From Antedon mediterranea (taxonomy: Eukaryota > Animalia > Echinodermata), in assembly GCF_964355755.1 (NCBI RefSeq), contig NC_092671.1, forward strand, positions 26,424,070 through 26,488,069: 64,000 nt of DNA. Direction: 5' to 3'. Made by a program: the position numbers and the translations under genes. This document shows positions 36,974 through 51,320 of this stretch, one piece after another. The first letter of the stretch is position 1; every line of letters starts with the position of its first letter. The notes beneath the pieces were generated by a model that ran no database searches, had not been told where the DNA came from, and saw nothing but the letters and a program-made list of their open reading frames with translations.

Positions 36974-39900
36974 ATGGTTTACTCAGCTATGACAAGCAAA
37001 GCAGAAAAGAGAACCCCATTAAACGGCAACGGACTGACATCAGAAGCCCAAGTAGTGATCATGATCTGTTCACCTCTTCAAACAACAGAAGGTCATTAGA
37101 TACTCCTACCTATGCTCAAAATTACCAAGCAACGTCAAATAGAAGATACTCTGATTTGCCACACTACTCACAAGAACAAGTAAAACCCCTGCAGACATCA
37201 GGATCTCATCCTCAAGGGTTAGATTTTACCCAGACGCCGCCACCCAAACCACCCCGAAGACACCAGTCTTTAAACCGCATACATATTCCAGAGGACAAGG
37301 AAGAGATTTTATTGAACGAGGGAGAATTCTCCGACAATGAGAATTACAGAGAATGGCAAAATAGTCCACTTGTTGGCAAGAAGGTTGAAAGTACTCATTC
37401 TGTAAGAAATGACAGAATTGATAGAGATAGGAATTATGAGCGAGATAGGTATTTTGATGCTCCAATCAGTCGCTCGGTTTCAGAATGTAATGTTCCAAGG
37501 TCAGGGCAGAATAAGAGAGATAGGAACTCAGGAATGTACTCGCCTACCTACCAAGATGCTCCCATTAGCAGATCAAGATCTGATTGTGAATTCCTTCTGG
37601 TAGAGCCAGATAGAAGAAATAATTCTAGGAGTCAGCCAATACCCTTTTCTGAAAACGGATCGTCTTACACTCCGAACCAGAATCAGGCAGACAGTGTAAT
37701 ATCAAGCAGTATGAGGCCAGAAAGTATCTCTCCAGAGCACCAATCAGCAGAAGCTAGATGCGAAGAATATTCACATATACTACGTTTATCTCCAAGAGCA
37801 TATGATGATTATCTTCGGTCACCTTCAATGCAATCCCCACTACAATCTCCAAATCAAAGAGAGAGTAATAGTGAAATGTACAGGGCTGGAAACCAAATGA
37901 TACCATCTCCACTACAATCTCCAAATCAAAGAGAGAGTAATAGTGAAATGTACAGGGCTGGAAACCAAATGATACCATCTCCACTACAATCTCCGAATCA
38001 AAGAGGGAGTAATAATGACATGTACAGGGTTAGAAACCAAATGAGACCATCTCCACTACAATCTCCGAATCAAAGAGGGAGTAATAATGACATGTACAGG
38101 GTTGGAAACCAAATGAGACCATCTCCAAGGCAATCTCCAAATCAAAGAGGGAGTAATAATGAAATTTACAGGGTTGGAAACCAATCAAGATCATCTCCAA
38201 GGCAATCTCGAAGAGATGTTTACACAGAAAATTACAGAGAAAAACAGCTTGGAATTCATCATACATCGTCACAAAACTCACTTCATCGGTCAAAGGATCA
38301 ACTTCACCATAATCCTGACTATTTTCCTACAAATTCTCAAAGTGGTTATGGTGTAAACAACCAGTCCTACATTGCTGAAGATTACATAAAATCCTACAAT
38401 TCTTATAACCATCAATTTTCTTCAACGCACAAAGAATATAAACCAAAACAGTATTCCGAGGATAACAGGGTAAACAACTATCCACAAAATCATATTAAGT
38501 ATCTACCTCAAAGCTATGGTGTGCCACATACTGGGCTACAGCGCCCTCGTCATCTGTCATTGGATGAGTACAGAGATGCTCATTTTACTAGTACATTTGT
38601 AGATGAAAAGTTTTCACTGGAAACACATACATTTTCAGATAAAACAAAATCACAGAAGATGTATCCTCAACACCAAAGCTTGGATCATTCATTCAAATTT
38701 CAAACCATTGATAACAATGGAAAACGACCTATGCAATCACAACCAAAACAAATTCAGGATCAACAAGACTATGCAACAAGTAAAGAGACAGTTTATGACA
38801 ACTTATATCCATCATATCAGAAGCAGTTCAGATCACCAGTTTCCTCACCAGAAAGAAGTTTGAATTGGGAAGATCATCTAAGAAAGCAAGACAACAGATC
38901 CAACATCAAACCATCACTGATAGATAGTCCTTGTAGTACAGACTCTGAAATAAGGGCCTTGAATGAGCCTTTAATAAAAGACTCAAAGAGATTCAAAACA
39001 GAAAGTCAACCAGAAAGAAGAGTTCCACATAGTTATTCCATGCCAGATAGAAGTGATGGTATTCAGAGACAGAAACATGTTGATGAACATGCAGGTCAAA
39101 TAAGAAGAGCTGATACTGATCCTGTTCCAACAGATGTGTGGGTACAAAGGGATGATTTTTCTCCAACAGCACAAAAGGTGTCAAGGATCAGAGAAGAAAG
39201 AGCATCTCCCCTAACAGGCAGAAGAGTTTTAATTCCAAAACAACCTACCAGAAATCTAAAGAATGATGTATATAATGAAACTAAAGATTATACTTCCATT
39301 AACAAGAGATATGCATCACAACCAAATGAACAGTTACAGTGGGTATATAGTGGCCTGCCATCTCAATCAAATCGTGTACATGGCAAAAGAAACTCTGAAG
39401 GAACCATTGAACGTCCCAAATCTGAGGTTCTCCAAAGAAATTCAGACTCCGACAGACCTTGCAGTTACTCTCCACAACTGAATAAGCAGTATACTATTCC
39501 AGGAAATTTTAAGCTTCCGGCAACAGATATCAAAGAATCGATTTCTAGCCCAGATCAATTGGAGAGTAGATCACTATCAGAATCTAAAGATGTTGGGTCT
39601 GTCAAACCTAGAGGTAGGTTGAAGAATCGTTACAGTGGCTCATTGTCTGCTCCAGGTAGACGAAGCAAAAGTTTGCCACGCATTGCGCAACAGTCTGAAG
39701 ATCTTTGTTACTCTGCATCAAATTTGGCACATTATTCAAAAGTCAAAAGTGTTGATGAATTATCTGAAGCATCTCTTATTAAAGGTGAGCCAGTATCTCC
39801 TGGAGCGTTGCTGTTTGCTCAGAAACGTCTTGAAAAAGACCTTGCAGATCTGGCGGAGACACAAATAGACTCAATTGAAAAGTATGATAGTTCACCTGAG

Positions 39901-41416
39901 GTAGATTCTGTTTTGATTAAACAAGAAAAGAAGGAAATATTAGAGCAACATCGCTGCTATATTGAACATCGGACAAAAAAGCAAGAAGAGATTTTATCAG
40001 AAATGACATCACTTAATCCTGATTTTGTTCATCCCTCACCATTCTCACTTCACAAATCACGCAAGTTTGAGCAAGAAGTTGAGAGAGCAATTGATGAATT
40101 AGAAGACTTCCATAATATTGTTGACAAACAAGCCGATTGTGCTCTTCATCCTAAACAGTACAAGCCATTTGATCACAGAGCACATGAAATGCCTGTGCCC
40201 TGTGATCAAGAAGAGGAGTTTCATGCCAAAGGATCTAAGAATAACATAACCCTTGCTCAACGTAAACGAAGAGGCAGAAAAGATCAATTTGGTACTTTGA
40301 CATCTAGTAAAAGTTTAGATTCTATTCCAAATTCTTTGAATTTGTCGCAAGAGTTTCTACCATTTCGTCAAGCTCAGCATTCAAACTCTGCTCAGTCATC
40401 TTTGAGCAAGTCAACAGAAAGTTTGCATTCACCTAGGAAGTCCAGACGATCATCATCAAAAATAGATTCTCGTTCAAGTTCTGATGAAGACTTACAGCGT
40501 TACACACGAAAGTCACTCTCTTCTGGATCATTATATAAACAACCTCATTTTGACAATATGGGATTTAGCTCAGACAGTTGTCCGTCGAGTCCAGAGAGAT
40601 CTATGCATCACCGGAAAGTCAAAACAAAGTCATCAGAAGATAATTCATTGAATTTTGGTTCAATAGAAAATTTACAGCATGTGATAGACAATCTTAGATC
40701 TACTGACATCTGTAGAGAACCTGTTGAAGAACCAGAACTGGTTAAAATTGTGATTGAAGCAGAGGAAACATCACCAAATATCTTTGACAAATTAAGAACT
40801 GTTCCAGTTTCAGCAAACAATTTGAGCGTTGCAATGCCAGGTGAAAGATTCAGTGTGGCATCTGTCTCATCCATTGATAGCCAAGCACTATCAAGACCAT
40901 TTGAAGAAATGGACGAAGAATATAATCATTTGGTGGTTGATCACAGGGTAGATGTGTTATCTGATGATGATCCTGGCGACATTACACCAGAGGATCTGTT
41001 TAATTTTGGTGGTACCATTAGTGCCACCTGTTTTCCACGCCATCTTATCAAACCAGATGCAAAGAAACCTCCTGTTTATCCACGAAGAAGTTCTGAAAGC
41101 CAAAGCCCTTCTCCACCAAAGGAGCAGTCAAAATCTCCTACTACCAAAGTAATAAAGAATCTACCAAGCCCCAATAGCATTGCACCTATGGCATTTGAAG
41201 AAAGTCTGTCTGACACAGATGGAAATAACACATCAGCTTGTGAAGTTTCTGATGATTGCGCTCCAGATATTGCTGATTCACAAGTTTATAACCGACCATA
41301 TGATCGTGTTGGTGTTGTGGCACCAAGACTAAAGAAGACATCAGAAGATTATAGTTTTGTCCAAGAGGGTCAGGAAAGAGGGTATCATGCTTACAAAGTG
41401 GATGATTCTAGAAGAG
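36974..41416 (+). CDS. Giant coding exon 3 (4443 nt), Ser/Pro/Arg/Gln-rich low-complexity protein region
   Basis: Acceptor TCTGTCTTTTTAG (36973) is phase 1 and in frame with the 1432-aa ORF. Donor GAG|GTAAGC after 41416 is phase 1. No folded domain recognised. Confidence 0.92.
37834..38208 (+). repeat. In-frame 72-bp (24-aa) coding tandem repeat, about 5 copies
   Basis: SPLQSPNQR(E/G)SN(S/N)(E/D)MYR(A/V)GNQM(I/R)P repeated. Confidence 0.95.
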
Positions 41417-41591
41417 GTAAGCTGCCTCTTTATTATATGCTGCATGCATGTTGATGGTTGGTCTTCTTACTAGATGTTGTTGTTTACAATGCATGGGTAT
41501 TTGCATGTGTTATTGAATATAAGAACAGGGTTCCTTCCAACTAAAGACCACTTGCTTTGATTGAATGATTCTTATAAACATTTTTCCAATA

Positions 41592-42079
41592 CAGTAGAAC
41601 CTTCATTTTACGTACGGTACGGGACCGAAAGGCGTACGTAAAACATGGGATTCGTAAAATCAAGGTTGACCTGAAATTGACCCCAAATACGTAGAGATAG
41701 TAGCTACTGTATAAAGGCTACCGTGTTTGCCTACTTTACTGTACAGCATGCAGGTGGTCACTAGCAGGCCTAGCAAGATGTGAGGCCTAACTAAAAAAGT
41801 ACAACAGTATATACTGGCTGTGCGATGTTTAAATAAAGTGTAAATTAAAATATCAATGTTCTTGTATTTCTATCAATAAAAACAGTCGCTGCTGTAGGGG
41901 AATGGACGTGTGTAGCTTGTCTCACACAGCAGAATTCCTCACACAGCCATTTTTATTATGCTTTGTTGTTGTTAAATTGCGCCCTCAATGTAAGAAAATG
42001 ATGACGTCATCGGTTATTTTAAGCGTACGTAAAATCCAGGGAACGTAAAATCATGGTACGTAAAACAAAGCTTCTACTG
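41592..42079. mobile_element. pogo/Tigger-like MITE
   Basis: TA on both flanks. TIR CAGTAGAACCTTCATTTTACGTAC / GTACGTAAAACAAAGCTTCTACTG. Repeated CGTAAAA motifs. Confidence 0.88.
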
Positions 42080-43063
42080 TATTTGGTTTTGTGTTTGAAT
42101 TTACTGTAAAAGATTTCATTTTTCAATTGTTTATTAGCATGTCTTTAATTGGAATGAACCTGTATCAACTTTTTCAGGTTATCTGTTTAAAGTTAAAGTT
42201 TTATGATTCTATTTCAGTAATTACTGTAGTCTACACATTATTTTGTTGTTGCAATCACTAATATTGGAATAAACTATTATTCCATATGCACTGTAATTGT
42301 ACATTGTCTTCTTTTTCCTTTGGCAAGTCCAGGGCATGTCAAAATTTCCAGCTAGTGAATAAATCAGAATACAATAGGCATGACGTAATGCAGAATTCAT
42401 TCACTTCTGTTTTGTAAAATTGTTACTGGACATATTTAGACAGGCTCTGAGTTAGTCAGAAATCCTATTCAGACCACAACATCATTTTGATCAGTGGTTT
42501 GAAAAAGTTAAAAATTGTGACTCTGCTGTGGTGTATGTATGGTAATTTATTGTAGATCCATATCATACACAATATGGCAATCTGATTGGTTGCTACAATT
42601 GCATTGCTTGCCTAACACAAACTTTTTACTTGCCTTTATACATTGTGTTATTAAGTGTTAGAATTTAGTTAAGAAATATAGGTGGCAGCAAACACAATTA
42701 TTTCAATATCATAAGATATTGTTTACATTGGTGTTTTTCGGTGAATAATTATCATCATTCAATTTCCTGCTGAATCTACCTCATTTTTAACACTACCTCT
42801 TTGAATTGAAGTGTATTTATATGTACAGGAATGTACCTGAATCTTTGCCTTTTTTCAGCTATAGAAACTTTGTTTTGATATTTGTTTGGAATGTTTTACC
42901 TTGTTCGGGAATTTAAAATGCTTAGTATTTTGCCCAATTAGCTCAAATTATGTTCCATCAATTTTGATTTATTTAGTTAATAAATTTGGATTAAAGATTT
43001 ACCCTTTAGCATATGCCCACAAGAAAAAGAGTCGCTGTTCAATTGGGAGCCTATCAATGCCAT

Positions 43064-43459
43064 AAGCCGTATTGACACTTTCACAATTCTTGGTCCTATA
43101 CTGTTCCACTATGTGGGTATAATGCACAGTGCAGCACAAGCGTGAAATGTGTGCACAATTTTGTGACTAATGCGTAACTGTGCACCATGAATGTGCTAAT
43201 GCATTCTTTGCGGTAAATAGCATGCAGTTCATGACAAAGGCGTTCATAGGTTGCTTATATATAAACTCATATACAAGTTTTCTGAATGATATCCGGTTAA
43301 GTTGTCCATGTAGACCATGTGATCTAGCATACAAAAATGTATTGTAGCGTTCATGCCAGTCATAAAATATGGTAATGTGTGACGGTATGGTAATGTTGGC
43401 TTGCATTCAATGAGCAGTGCAGACAAGATACTGTATGCATGCAAGTGTCAATGAGACTT
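43064..43459. mobile_element. Unclassified MITE-like element
   Basis: Imperfect inverted ends AAGCCGTATTGACACTT / AAGTGTCAATGAGACTT around a CATG/TGCA-rich interior. No clear TSD. Confidence 0.5.
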
Positions 43460-46284
43460 TTTAAAAAAGTGCATCCACAAGTCCACTGTGAATAAAACAT
43501 CTCTTCAGACTAATAGATTAAACAAGTTACGTTTGAAGGAAAGAAAACCTTTTAATTATTCAAATTTAATAGGATGTATTCGTAATCTTTGAATTTCAAT
43601 ATACTATACGACCCATTTAAACCATCATAAAATTAAAACAGCTGAGCAGGAGATATACTTAGCTTTATTTTGTCATTCTAGCATACAATGCTCTCAATCC
43701 AATATGTTCCTTATTCACACAGACATCCATTCAGCTAAATATGGGACACTAACTCTTAGGTCACTGTACTTTTATAGAGCATATTTTGTAGCCTGAAGGC
43801 AATCTTATCAAATATTTGATAACCTACTTCACTACAGTAAATGTATTATTCATATTATATATTAATAACTATATGGCCTAGTTTTTATTATACAGTACTT
43901 AATTTATTAGTGCTATTTTTAAATTGTTTATTTTATATAACAATGAAAACCAATATACTTTAGCTAACACAATCTGCATCAACAATATTTTATTAGTAAT
44001 ACAGTAATTTATTTTTATTTAAAGAAATATCTTAAATTAAAAGTAATGATATTTTTTATGAATAATATGATCATTGTTGTAGTTAAAAAGTTCTGAAATA
44101 TTTTCTGTGGGATGTGCTAAAAAAATGATTTAATGACAAGTCATAGTAATTGCTGCAAGCTGCTAATCTATGCTATTAGTATTATTGGTTAAAAATAATA
44201 ATTAAAATGTGACAACATACGGGTTATTATATCATATTTGACCTTTTTACCTTACATTACCTCATGCAGACCATTTTGTATTTTTACTTTTCTTTCAAAA
44301 TAATTCAAAGAAGTTTTTGTAAGCCTGTGAAATGTTGATGATGATTTTAGGGGTTTATTTTGGTGCTAGTTTTAACGGCCCCTGTTACAATGTAGTCCTG
44401 TGTTACAAGCCACCTAGGATAGATTGCAACATATTCAACATCATTAGTAACCAATATATTGAGTGCACATATTTGAATACTATAGAATAGGCAAGTTAAT
44501 CATCTCTCAGAGACATTTCTCTTATCTTATCTCTCAGAGACATTTCTCTTATCTTATCTCTCATTAATTAACATAACCTTATTGTGACAACCACTAAAAT
44601 ACATTGGTTCATTTATCATTTCTACAATTCTGTCTGATTGGTTAAATTTGCATACTGTACAAGTATTTTAGACCAATTGTAATTTATATAAATGCCAGGT
44701 CATAAAGATTCTACTTTTACCTAATAAGCTTAAAGTATTCTTGATTTCTTAAATATTCTACAGTTATTATAATTTTCTCTGAATATTCATTACCACTGGC
44801 AACATACAGTATATCCATGACATCATGACCATGTTGTGAGAGCCATATACAGGCAGCTGACTTCCCTGCATGTTAATTAACCTGACCTGTGTCAACTAAA
44901 AGAATTCTGGGTCAGATGACTAAAAATAGACACCAGACTATCTTGACTAGGAGAGGCAATTAGCATAAATATGTCCATTACTACCAGAGGGAACCATATT
45001 TGGCAAAGTAAAGCTAGAGCCCCCTTAGCAAATGGGCCACTGCCAATCAAGAGCCGGCAATAGAACACTGGACAGGCGATATCGCCTCATCATTATCTCT
45101 AATGATCATATTAGCGACAGTGATTTTAATTTGTTTTGACGTTTCAAAGTGAAATGATTTAATATCATATTTTATTCAATGGTTCACGTGGGACAATCTT
45201 ACAGTTATTATATTCAATTTACAACTACATACATATATTCCATTCAATTCTAGACGGTTGTACAAGAATTACTATTGTCATTTCAAGTTGACTGCTTCGT
45301 TATTTTTCCTGTATAAAAAGCCCTCTATTTTCTTTTTTTTCTTTTCTGTTAAAAAAATGTAGTTTTTTGTTGATCTAATTTTAAGAGATTTCAAAAAATA
45401 ATTAAATATTAATTTATCAAAAACGTCATTTTAAATTATTAATTTTTGTGAATTAGTTTAAATTAATAACATAATTACCCTGTTCCTGTCTACATTTGGT
45501 AATCGATTGCCTAACAACACAATTTTTGTGTGAATTACTAAATTCAATATTTGCATACCAGATGTCAAATTTATTCCAATGTTGTGTGTGGACCATGGAG
45601 ATATATCAAAAAAGGATTTCATGTTACAAGTAATAATATTGTTTGTGTATACCAAATTAATTATTGTGATCTCCAAATAAAAAAACATTAAAAGTAGGGC
45701 AGCTTGATGATAGATAGTATTTACATATGTTATCAACATTATACCAGATTTCAAATTCATTCCAATGTTTCAATGTACTGACTCAGATATGATTCTGTGT
45801 TACAAATAGATTAGACTGTCTCTATAATAACTAACCTATCTGCTGTGAGTAGACTGCATGTTAACCGATCATTGCCATCTCTGTGCTTTCTGCAATACAA
45901 CATCAGCTTGGCTAAATTCTGAACATTCCAAGCCGTAGCCAACACTATATCCATGCTTTAAAAACTTTGTGAATTTATTAATCAGGCCTGCCGAGAGAAG
46001 TTATAGTTATTTCCACTACATGTGATTATTATACGTACGAAGGGCTTTCGCAGTTGGATCTGCAATATTTTGGGGAGTTAATCTGTACTAGGATTTTTAT
46101 CATTGATATTTTGGATATTATGTTTTACTGTGTTACTGTTTATCAGTGGAGTTATTATTGCAAGGGAATGCTTACCATAGACAAGAAGGGCCTTTAGGTT
46201 TGTGCTACTACTGTAAGTAATGTTTTCTATATTTCATCGTCTGCTTGCCTTTTTTTGTTTACCTTATCAGGACATTTCTAGATT

Positions 46285-46457
46285 CTGTAGAAAACCTCAT
46301 TGAGACACCCCTATTCACTATACACTTTCCTGTGAATTGAACAAGTGATATAAATAGAACAATGTTTTATGAGCATACTGACAAACCCCTATTCAGAGGA
46401 CTTCCCTATTCAAATTGGGCCAACTGAAGGTGTGTCCCCTTAATGGGGGTTCTACTG
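46285..46457. mobile_element. Short decayed pogo/Tigger-like MITE
   Basis: Inverted ends CTGTAGAAAACCTCATT / AATGGGGGTTCTACTG and internal ACCCCTATTCA repeats. Confidence 0.6.
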
Positions 46458-49400
46458 CAAATGCATAATTAAAAAAATTACCCTTTGGATTAATTAAAAA
46501 CAACTTATTTTTTATTCATAGTTTCCTTACAATCAAATTCATTTATTGAAGCTATATTGTTTTCTGTAATTATGTAATTTAAAAATAAACATTATGATGT
46601 AGCTGTACCATAGCTTTAATTGTATTTACCTAAAACATTTTATTTATCCTCAATTTATATCAATCTAATAATATTGACATACTTAACTTTGTTTTATACA
46701 TGTAATTGTTATACCATTATATAATATTAATGATTAAATATACCTGTACTTATTATTTTTAAAAGTTATAACTTTCTTAATGGTTTATAGTGGTATTGCT
46801 ACAATTGAACTACAGTAAATCAAAACAGTATTGCACATTTGAAGCAGATTTAAATATTGTTTTTATTTAAGACCATTTACTTAATAAGTAAATAAATAAT
46901 CAGATTTATTAATCAGTAACTTTGCATTTAGTTTTAGTTTTTAAATTGTGCGTAATGTACATACTCGGCTACAGTTTATAGCTATACTATATTTTTACCA
47001 AGCTCTTCTTATGATACAGTAGGTGTAGGCTTGTATTACATTGTATTGAATTATTATCAATTTTGCTAGTGTTTTATTTACTGCATTTAACTTCCAATTA
47101 GATTTTGTATAATAGTAGTCCTAGATTTGTATTCTTTTATAATATTGTTATATATTTATATTTAATCAAACTTTGTTTTACTATTTTTAAAGAAAATCAA
47201 ATTTGTGTGAATAAATGTGTGCAGGGTTTAATGTCTTCCCCCATTAGTGATTACTTGTAACAGCAATGTGCTCAGTTTTGTATTGTTTTTATAATATTGA
47301 CATATCATTGTATTTTAAACCTTTTTCATACTTGTTTTTATTTACTGTACATATATTCCCCACCTACTGTACTTACAATTTAAGGATATTTTTCATTAAA
47401 CGCAGAACTAAACGATTTATGAAATATAAAAAAACTAAACCAAACAAATACAAAACAAAAAGTAAATACCAATCTGCTTTTAAAAGCCATGATCATAGAG
47501 GTCGTTAGAATTAAAGGTGTTTATAAAATAAGAATTGATTCCTACCATCCTTATAGAATTAGAATTAGGAGAATGTTAATTGATCTTTGATCACTGTTAG
47601 TATTGTCATATAATTAATATTTTGACATATTTCATAGAGACTAATAATAATAATTATCTTTTAATCAGAATATTGGTAATTACAGAATAATAATGATTAA
47701 TAGGTGAAAACTTGTTGCTGTTTAAAAAAGCAAAAAGCAAAAAAATAGTTAGAAATGTAAAATTCCATTATATTCATGTTTGATTAATTACATGTAATAA
47801 AATAATAATGTGAAAATAATTTTTTTTTGGAAAATGTTAATATTATTAAAGATTATAGTTTGCATTTGAATAATTGTTTTAAAGATGTATTGTCCACCAA
47901 AAACAGGAAAAATTTGTTAAAAGATTAATTTATCATACTTTGAATAGGTTATTTTGTAGTTTTGATCAATTTATATGGTTAAATGAACAACCAAAATCGA
48001 TACATTTTGTGTCCATGTTAAATACCAAATTCTGAATTATTAGAAATTCAACCAAAAATGTTAATTTCAGTATTTAATAATACATTATTGTATTGGTGAT
48101 TGTTCAAAGACATTATTTACCAATCAAATTTTTTTTATATATACAATATGTAATTTGTAATTGTGCCAAATAATGTTTCTGCTATCTGGATTAATCAAAA
48201 GCAAGCATTGAACATTTAAAAAACCAATGAAAATATCTGAAATCATAAAATGAAATTGTTTAAAAAAAATCAGGATAAAATGCTTTAAATTTAAGGCATG
48301 TATTTAAAAGTTGTTTAAATCATTAATAGCCATTTTTGTGGGAATAATTATTTTGTTTTGTTACTTATATTTTGTTTTTACTTAAATTGAAGATTAAATA
48401 AAATACATTGGATTTAATTGATTATATTGAATGATTCATTTTGTGAATTTTAAATGTTTGTGATAAATTTGAAATATAGACATTTTTAAAGAAACATTTT
48501 GGAACCAATTTAAATTAATTAATATTATTCATTAAGGTAGCCAACTTTTGAAATTACAAAAATGCCGCATTGTAAAATTATATATTCTATTTTTATTTAC
48601 TGTAGTTTTTTAATAGTCATATATTCACTGATTATTTGAATATTTAGCAATATACACTACAGTATACTGTAGTAAGTTGCGAGTAGGAAATAGTTTCTAA
48701 CAAATATTTTGTAGGTAATGTATTTCAAAATTATCCTGTATCCTGCTTTAAGTGTCTAAGTATTAAAATGGTGTTATAAAAAATCTGATTACAACTGTAA
48801 AAATCTGGTTACAAATAATGATTAATAGAAATGTTACACCCAGAAGTTATACCCTTTACTGAATGGTGAAGCAAAGCAAACTTTCATTTTCATGACGCGT
48901 CATGTAACTACCATGCAGCTATTTAATGTCATTCGGCATATACGCGTATGTTTCTGCGTGTGCCAGCAGAGTGACTATCAATTTCACAAAACTGCATTTC
49001 ACAGTCATGAAAGAGAAATGGTTGCTAATAAATAAGCCATTGTTTTAATTATTTAAACAACTTGCCATTATGTACAGTCCTGTTTGTATTTATTATTTGT
49101 TTCGGAATTTTTTAATATGTATCTGAATTTTTACATTATACTATACTTATACTTATTTTTATGTTACTAATTTTATATTGTTAATATTTTATAATCAATA
49201 ATGTATAAACTTCCAATATCCATGACATATGACATGTTTAAATACATTTATGTTTGTGTATTTTCCAATATAGTAGTTGACAATACGTAATTATTTGTTT
49301 TTAATAGATATTAGTATTCTAGCACATTAATAAGATTAACTTTAATATTAGTATATCATTTAAAATGATATACTCTTTGTTGATTGTTGTTGAAATTATT

Positions 49401-51229
49401 ATTAATCGATTTTAATTAAAATTATATATCTAAACGAACTTTTAGATAGTTATTGTTACAGTATAATAATCAATTTGAATTATATTATATAATTGTAAAA
49501 GAATGTTTCTCTTGTTTGTTATTTGTTGTGTCCTCTTTGTTCTTGGTTCACAAATGTATGTAAGATGATGCTTGAGATGATACCATTTCTCATAAAAACA
49601 TGAAAAGAAGCTCATGCAAAAATAAAAACCATGTCTTAAAATGTGCATCCACAAACTGAAGTATTCTAATGGTTATCATTCGGCATATTTTATTTGGAAA
49701 CCTCAATAAAAAATCTGATTCAAATTTAAATTATTTATCAAAAATGCGAAATTGTGAAAATAAATAAATTAAAAAAAACAAAAAATGATTTTGTTAAAAT
49801 TACATGTTAAGTCTACCGTAGTTGCCAGAGGAACTCTGGCCTGTCTTTCCAGACACTACTGTTTGCATTACGGTACACGGAATCAGAAATGAGTTGGCAT
49901 TAGAATGGTATATTAACAAACACTACACTAATTTTTCACAATATTTTATCCGGCCATCAAACCTGAATCCAGGTTTAGTATGAACATAGCTTTAGAAGTA
50001 TACAAAATGTGCTTCTTTTGATGTATTCATGAGACTATGTTCACATTCATTGCATCATGACAGCATACCAAGGCAGGGTCATTTATACAGTGTTTTTTCA
50101 ACCAGAGTGTCATCAACTTTATCCAGGTAATGTTAAAACATTTTTGATTCATTTATCGCATGGAGAAGCCTCTCCTTTGGTTTTCAAGCTGAACACAAAT
50201 AGTATACAGTATTACGTTGCAGTAAAAATAAATCATCCTTTAATCCAAGACTTTACAGCTTTTGTACAATACTGTAATTCGCATACTATGGAAAAAGAAT
50301 TTCATCTGCCCGAACAAACCTGGATAGCCTACAATTCTGGGTGTGAGTGAAGATTAAATGACACAATATGGATATACACGTATATTTTTAGGCTTCAGAG
50401 ACAAGGGCCTGTCATCATACATAATCAGGGATGTTGAATGTTTGAACTTTCTGTCAATTGACATGAAGTAACTTGTAGAAGACACCGCTTTATATTTGAT
50501 AGATTTGTCATGAAAATGCTGCAAAACTATTCAACTCTGTATAGTTCCTGTAAAACATTGAAGTGGATACCAACAATTGATGCTGGAGAAGCAAAACGTG
50601 AATATTATCTTACCTTTTGCTACTACTACCACCGTATATGGCCGAGTAGAATCCCATGATCTAGTATAATCCAACCCCCACTTAAGACAATTTTAGACAC
50701 AAAACAATCATATATTACTTTTTTCCAAATTTCATTACCAGGCTCCCTGGGACTATTGTCGGTCATATACTATATCAATGTTATAATAAAAACAAAAATG
50801 TTTCTCTTTAATTTAATTTTAATTTTCGTTGTTTTAAAATTTAATTAGAGAAATTAATTAAACTAAATTAACGAACAAATTTGATTAAACATGCAATTTA
50901 GGATTATTCTAACTTGTTTATTGATTTTTTTTGAGTGGAAAAGATAATTTGGAAGATTATTCGTTATTTGCAAGGTTTAATTGATTATCTAGGGATTGGG
51001 TAGATATAAGGTTTTTGCATTTAAAATTGTGTGGCAGCAGAAAATTATGTAATCAAAAAAATGTGATAAAATGCTAACTGTAGTGTTGTATGTATGTTTT
51101 TAAAATTTATTTTTTATTTCATATGCATCCAACAGCGAATAACTCACCAATTACAATACAAGTATTTTATAATGTATTCATCATGCTTATATTAATTGAG
51201 GCTTAGGGAGTGGGGTTGGGTCAAAAGTT

Positions 51230-51320
51230 ACAACCCTGGTACTAGTGTAAGTCAGGATTGAACCATGTACCTTTGAATTGGAAGGAAGGCAAGTACGTTA
51301 AACACCAAGCTACAGCTCCA
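51230..51320 (-). mobile_element. tRNA-derived SINE head
   Basis: Minus strand has A-box-like TAGCTTGGTG and B-box GGTTCAATCC at tRNA-like spacing. No full cloverleaf. Confidence 0.6.

Noticed and set aside
37156-37158. ORF-track start of the 1432-aa ORF
   Set aside because: It is a TTG within a frame already open from the acceptor at 36974.
37226-41152. Overlapping short ORFs on other frames and strands within exon 3
   Set aside because: Shadow ORFs of the long coding exon.
47878-48500. Kolobok-like start TTAAAGATGTATTGTCC
   Set aside because: No matching inverted end with TTAA was found.
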